A stretch of DNA of 64,000 bases from an uncultured archaeon (lineage in GTDB: Archaea > Thermoproteota > Nitrososphaeria > Nitrososphaerales > Gagatemarchaeaceae): contig CAWCYD010000003.1 in the NCBI GenBank assembly GCA_963799775.1, forward strand, positions 1,568,001-1,632,000, given 5' to 3'. A program made the translations under genes and the position numbers. Positions 61,322-64,000 of the stretch are shown piece after piece. Every line of letters begins with the position of its first letter. Positions within the stretch are counted from its first letter, which is position 1. Under the pieces are notes generated by a model. It was given only the letters and a program-made list of their open reading frames with translations. It ran no database searches and was not told the DNA's origin.

Positions 61322-62140
61322 ATGAATATTCTGGCGATAGGGGCCCACCCAGATGACATCGAGCTCGGATGCGGGGGCACCCTGATCAAGGCAGTCAGGG
61401 AAGGCCACAACGTCTTCATGTATACGCTGACCCGTGGAGAGGAGTCAGGAGACCCTGACCAAAGGACGGGCGAGCTGAAGAGGTCGGCCAAGTTCATAGG
61501 GGCCAAGGACTTGCGTATCGACAGCTTCGAGGACACGAAGCTGACTCCAGGCCCCGATCTCATCAACGCGATAGAGTCCTACGCGAACCACACGGACGCG
61601 GACATCATCTTCACGCACTGCAAGAAGGACATCCACCACGACCACAGGGCCGTCGCGATGGCGACGCTCGAGGGCGCCAGGTTCTCCTCCAACATCATGG
61701 GGTACGAGGTGCCGGTGACGAAGGACTTTGAGCCAATAGCCTACTACGACATCTCGGACGTCATCGACGAGAAGGTCCAGCTCATAGAGATGTTCTGGTC
61801 GCAGAACGCGAAGCTCTATACAAAGGCGAGGGCAATCAAGGGGCTGGCTGAGTATCGGGCGCTCCAGAGCAGGATGAACGTGGCGGTCAACTACGTCGAG
61901 GCTTTCGAGGTGGTGAAGCTTTGCCTGAACACCGACTTTAGGCTGATGAGGTTCCCTCGCCCGACGGAGTCAGGGATGACCCTTCCACAGGGGAGAAGGT
62001 GGAATCTGCGTGCGTTGGGCACGCGACTGGAATCGATACGCCCTGACTTGCAGCGACTCTCACCGATAGGTGTAATGACTCACGGGCGAGGAGCGCGGAA
62101 GGTCGATGCCCCGGGGCGGGTAGCAAGCGATTCCGAGTAG
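61322..62140 (+). CDS. PIG-L/LmbE family deacetylase
   Basis: ILAIGAHPDDIELGCGG, D.HHDH, YVEAFE. Confidence 0.9.
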   Translation: MNILAIGAHPDDIELGCGGTLIKAVREGHNVFMYTLTRGEESGDPDQRTGELKRSAKFIGAKDLRIDSFEDTKLTPGPDLINAIESYANHTDADIIFTHCKKDIHHDHRAVAMATLEGARFSSNIMGYEVPVTKDFEPIAYYDISDVIDEKVQLIEMFWSQNAKLYTKARAIKGLAEYRALQSRMNVAVNYVEAFEVVKLCLNTDFRLMRFPRPTESGMTLPQGRRWNLRALGTRLESIRPDLQRLSPIGVMTHGRGARKVDAPGRVASDSE

Positions 62141-62385
62141 CGGGTATCTCCTGCACGCCCTCTCCGCTCGCCCCTCAGCTGTCGCCTGTGGGCGATGCAA
62201 TAGTAGTGATACGCGCCTGACGGTCGCTCTATCATAGGCTGCCCCTCGCGCTTGCAGCGGTCGCCGTTCTTGAGGAGGGCCTCGCACCTGATCATTACGG
62301 GCTTGTTTTTCTGGAAATCCGGAACGCCTACCGCTACGTCGAAACGCGCCGCCGAGCGCACAGAGGCGCTTCGTGCCGATGGCAT
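62080..62385 (-). CDS. Small putative CCCH Zn-binding protein
   Basis: RCEALLKNGDRCKR...YCIAH. Confidence 0.4.
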   Translation of the reverse strand: MPSARSASVRSAARFDVAVGVPDFQKNKPVMIRCEALLKNGDRCKREGQPMIERPSGAYHYYCIAHRRQLRGERRGRAGDTRYSESLATRPGASTFRAPRP

Positions 62386-62455
62386 GCCATCGGCTAGATG
62401 TTTTTACGTAAAAGCACCTATGGAGGATTAATCTGTAGCGCTGCGCTGACGCCTT

Positions 62456-62791
62456 CTACTTCCGGGGGTTGAGGCGCGGCTCGAGAGCCTCGGGGTTGCC
62501 CTCGGAGATTATCTTGCTTATCTCCTCGTAGACCTTCAGGAAACGGAGTCCCTGCTCGGTGAGCTTGTACTCGCCGTTCTTCTTCTCCAGGCTGATCAGG
62601 CCCCTCTCGATCAGGAAGTGCAGGTACTCCTGCACCTGGGAGTGGGACAGCAACGCGCCATACATCAGCCTCGTCTTCGTTGCGCCAGGGCTCGACGCCT
62701 GCAGAATCATGGCGATTATCTCTGTCCTGCTTCTATATTTCACGACTACGAAATTGACAACGTGCCTCCTCATATTCGTATGCGAAACCAT
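62456..62791 (-). CDS. wHTH regulator (thaumarchaeal HTH_45-like); start probably near 62743
   Basis: KYRSRTEIIAMIL...TKTRLMYGALLS..Q..EYL...YKLTEQG. Confidence 0.85.
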   Translation of the reverse strand: MVSHTNMRRHVVNFVVVKYRSRTEIIAMILQASSPGATKTRLMYGALLSHSQVQEYLHFLIERGLISLEKKNGEYKLTEQGLRFLKVYEEISKIISEGNPEALEPRLNPRK

Positions 62792-62876
62792 CTTCTGTAT
62801 TTCGGCCCGGGCTGATTATTCCGGATTCAAGTCCCGGGGAAGGATTAATCGGAGGCCGTGTTACGACAACCCCTCG

Positions 62877-63596
62877 ATGTCAATAAGGCGATTTGGGGTC
62901 GCAAAGACGACCATGGTGCTTGCGACAGTCCTGTTGGTCCTTGCGGCTTCGTTCGGGGCGTCATATCTCAACACAGCATCAATCCTGAACGCTCAGAGCC
63001 AGAGCGTCTCCAGGCTCCAATCAGCGTTCGACTCTCTTGCCTCTCATCCTGAGGTATCCACCGTTATTCAGACGGCCACTACGACATCGACTCGAACGCA
63101 GACCGTCACTTCTCAGTCGAACTTTACCCTTTCAGAGATTTTGACGACCACGAAAACTCTTACTGACACCACTACTCAGACTGAATTCACCTCGACCACC
63201 ACCAGAACCATAGCTAACACAACGATTCCGTGGTCAGGTCTGGATTACATGACAGCGGACTCAGGATGCACCACATACGTGCCAGGCGGCTCGCCTGTTT
63301 ACCCAGTGCCATGCTTCGGCCCGAACTCATCCGCGTACGCCTTTAACTGTGCGGCGGCGGCTGCTACTTCCCAGGGCTGCACCCAGGTCGTCAATATCAT
63401 CGGGACGAGCCCAAAGCCGAATTTCACCATAACCGTGTGGTATCCTTACAACTACCAAGGAGAACAGCTTTCGCAAAACTGCAAATGGACCGAGTCGATC
63501 CCCAATCCGCCAGGCCCTGAAAGCGAATATGCCTACTGCATATCCTTGAACTCGACCGCGTTCTTCGTCACCGAGTCGGCTCCAGGGGTCGCGTAG
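62877..63596 (+). CDS. Secreted/anchored T-rich protein with FNCAA module
   Basis: RRFG-VAKTT leader; FNCAAAAATSQGC...TVWYPY...YC..LNST shared with 57505 gene. Confidence 0.7.
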   Translation: MSIRRFGVAKTTMVLATVLLVLAASFGASYLNTASILNAQSQSVSRLQSAFDSLASHPEVSTVIQTATTTSTRTQTVTSQSNFTLSEILTTTKTLTDTTTQTEFTSTTTRTIANTTIPWSGLDYMTADSGCTTYVPGGSPVYPVPCFGPNSSAYAFNCAAAAATSQGCTQVVNIIGTSPKPNFTITVWYPYNYQGEQLSQNCKWTESIPNPPGPESEYAYCISLNSTAFFVTESAPGVA

Positions 63597-63621
63597 CCAA
63601 TTCCGAGACTCGGGTGTTGAT

Positions 63622-64000
63622 TTGGAGACCGAGAGAAGACAAAGACGTGCGCTGACCGTCGTCGGAATACTCGTCCTTGTTGCCATAGTAGCCCTGAGCG
63701 GCTATGAGTATGGTGTGGTCGTCTCTCTTGGGAGGCAGAATTCGAGCCTCAGCTCCCAGATCTCTGAGTACGAAAACGCCGGGGCAGCGGGCTACAATAA
63801 CCTGTCAGCGGTCGTTCAGGCATTCGATTCACATCTGATGCACTTGGGCGACAGGAACGTCAGCTCGACGGGGAATGATTATGCATCGAACGCTACGATG
63901 ACTTGGGTCGGAAACACCCAAGGATATGGAGGCATCTACACTCCGAGAAACATGATCGAGCTCACATACAAGAGTTTCTTGGGGATGACGACGAACCTCA
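63622..64000 (+). CDS. Membrane-anchored protein, possibly NTF2/SnoaL-like (truncated by window end)
   Basis: TM then AVVQAFDSHL...DYASNATMTW; open to end of window. Confidence 0.5.
   Translation, partial: METERRQRRALTVVGILVLVAIVALSGYEYGVVVSLGRQNSSLSSQISEYENAGAAGYNNLSAVVQAFDSHLMHLGDRNVSSTGNDYASNATMTWVGNTQGYGGIYTPRNMIELTYKSFLGMTTNL

Overview
GC-rich archaeal chromosomal DNA. The gene content (HTH/ATP-cone/NrdD-like gene beside nrdJ, HTH_45 regulators, Thermoplasmatales-order V-type ATPase operon, intron-rich tRNAs) suggests a soil/acid-adapted Nitrososphaerota (Thaumarchaeota) lineage; this assignment is inference. Many single-base indels split even essential genes, consistent with an unpolished long-read assembly. 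Bases 1-28 kb are mostly core genes: three-intron tRNA-Pro(TGG), class II RNR, a complete A/V-ATPase operon, the NAC/MBF1/HflX/Trm56/TFE cluster, two-intron initiator tRNA-Met, a tandem MutS-domain-V pair, crcB with a fluoride riboswitch, and tiaS. Bases 28.5-31.7 kb hold a NirK-cupredoxin locus with an unusual Tat-signal ubiquitin-like (C-terminal GG) protein. Bases 36.5-64 kb are an accessory region of secreted/membrane-anchored, Ser/Thr- and Cys-rich, domain-shuffled proteins. The most striking structure is two polarized gene-accretion arrays with no recombinase in the window. (1) Nine same-orientation copies of GGGTTCATTGCGCCTCCGCCGG (40.6-50.7 kb), most preceded by a ~55-70 nt hairpin, separate 1-2-gene cassettes downstream of a membrane-tethered wHTH regulator whose palindromic site recurs in several cassette promoters. 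(2) Three copies of the 3' end of an Lrp/AsnC gene (36.5-38.3 kb) bracket two inserted modules. In both arrays a hicBA toxin-antitoxin pair is the anchor-proximal cassette.
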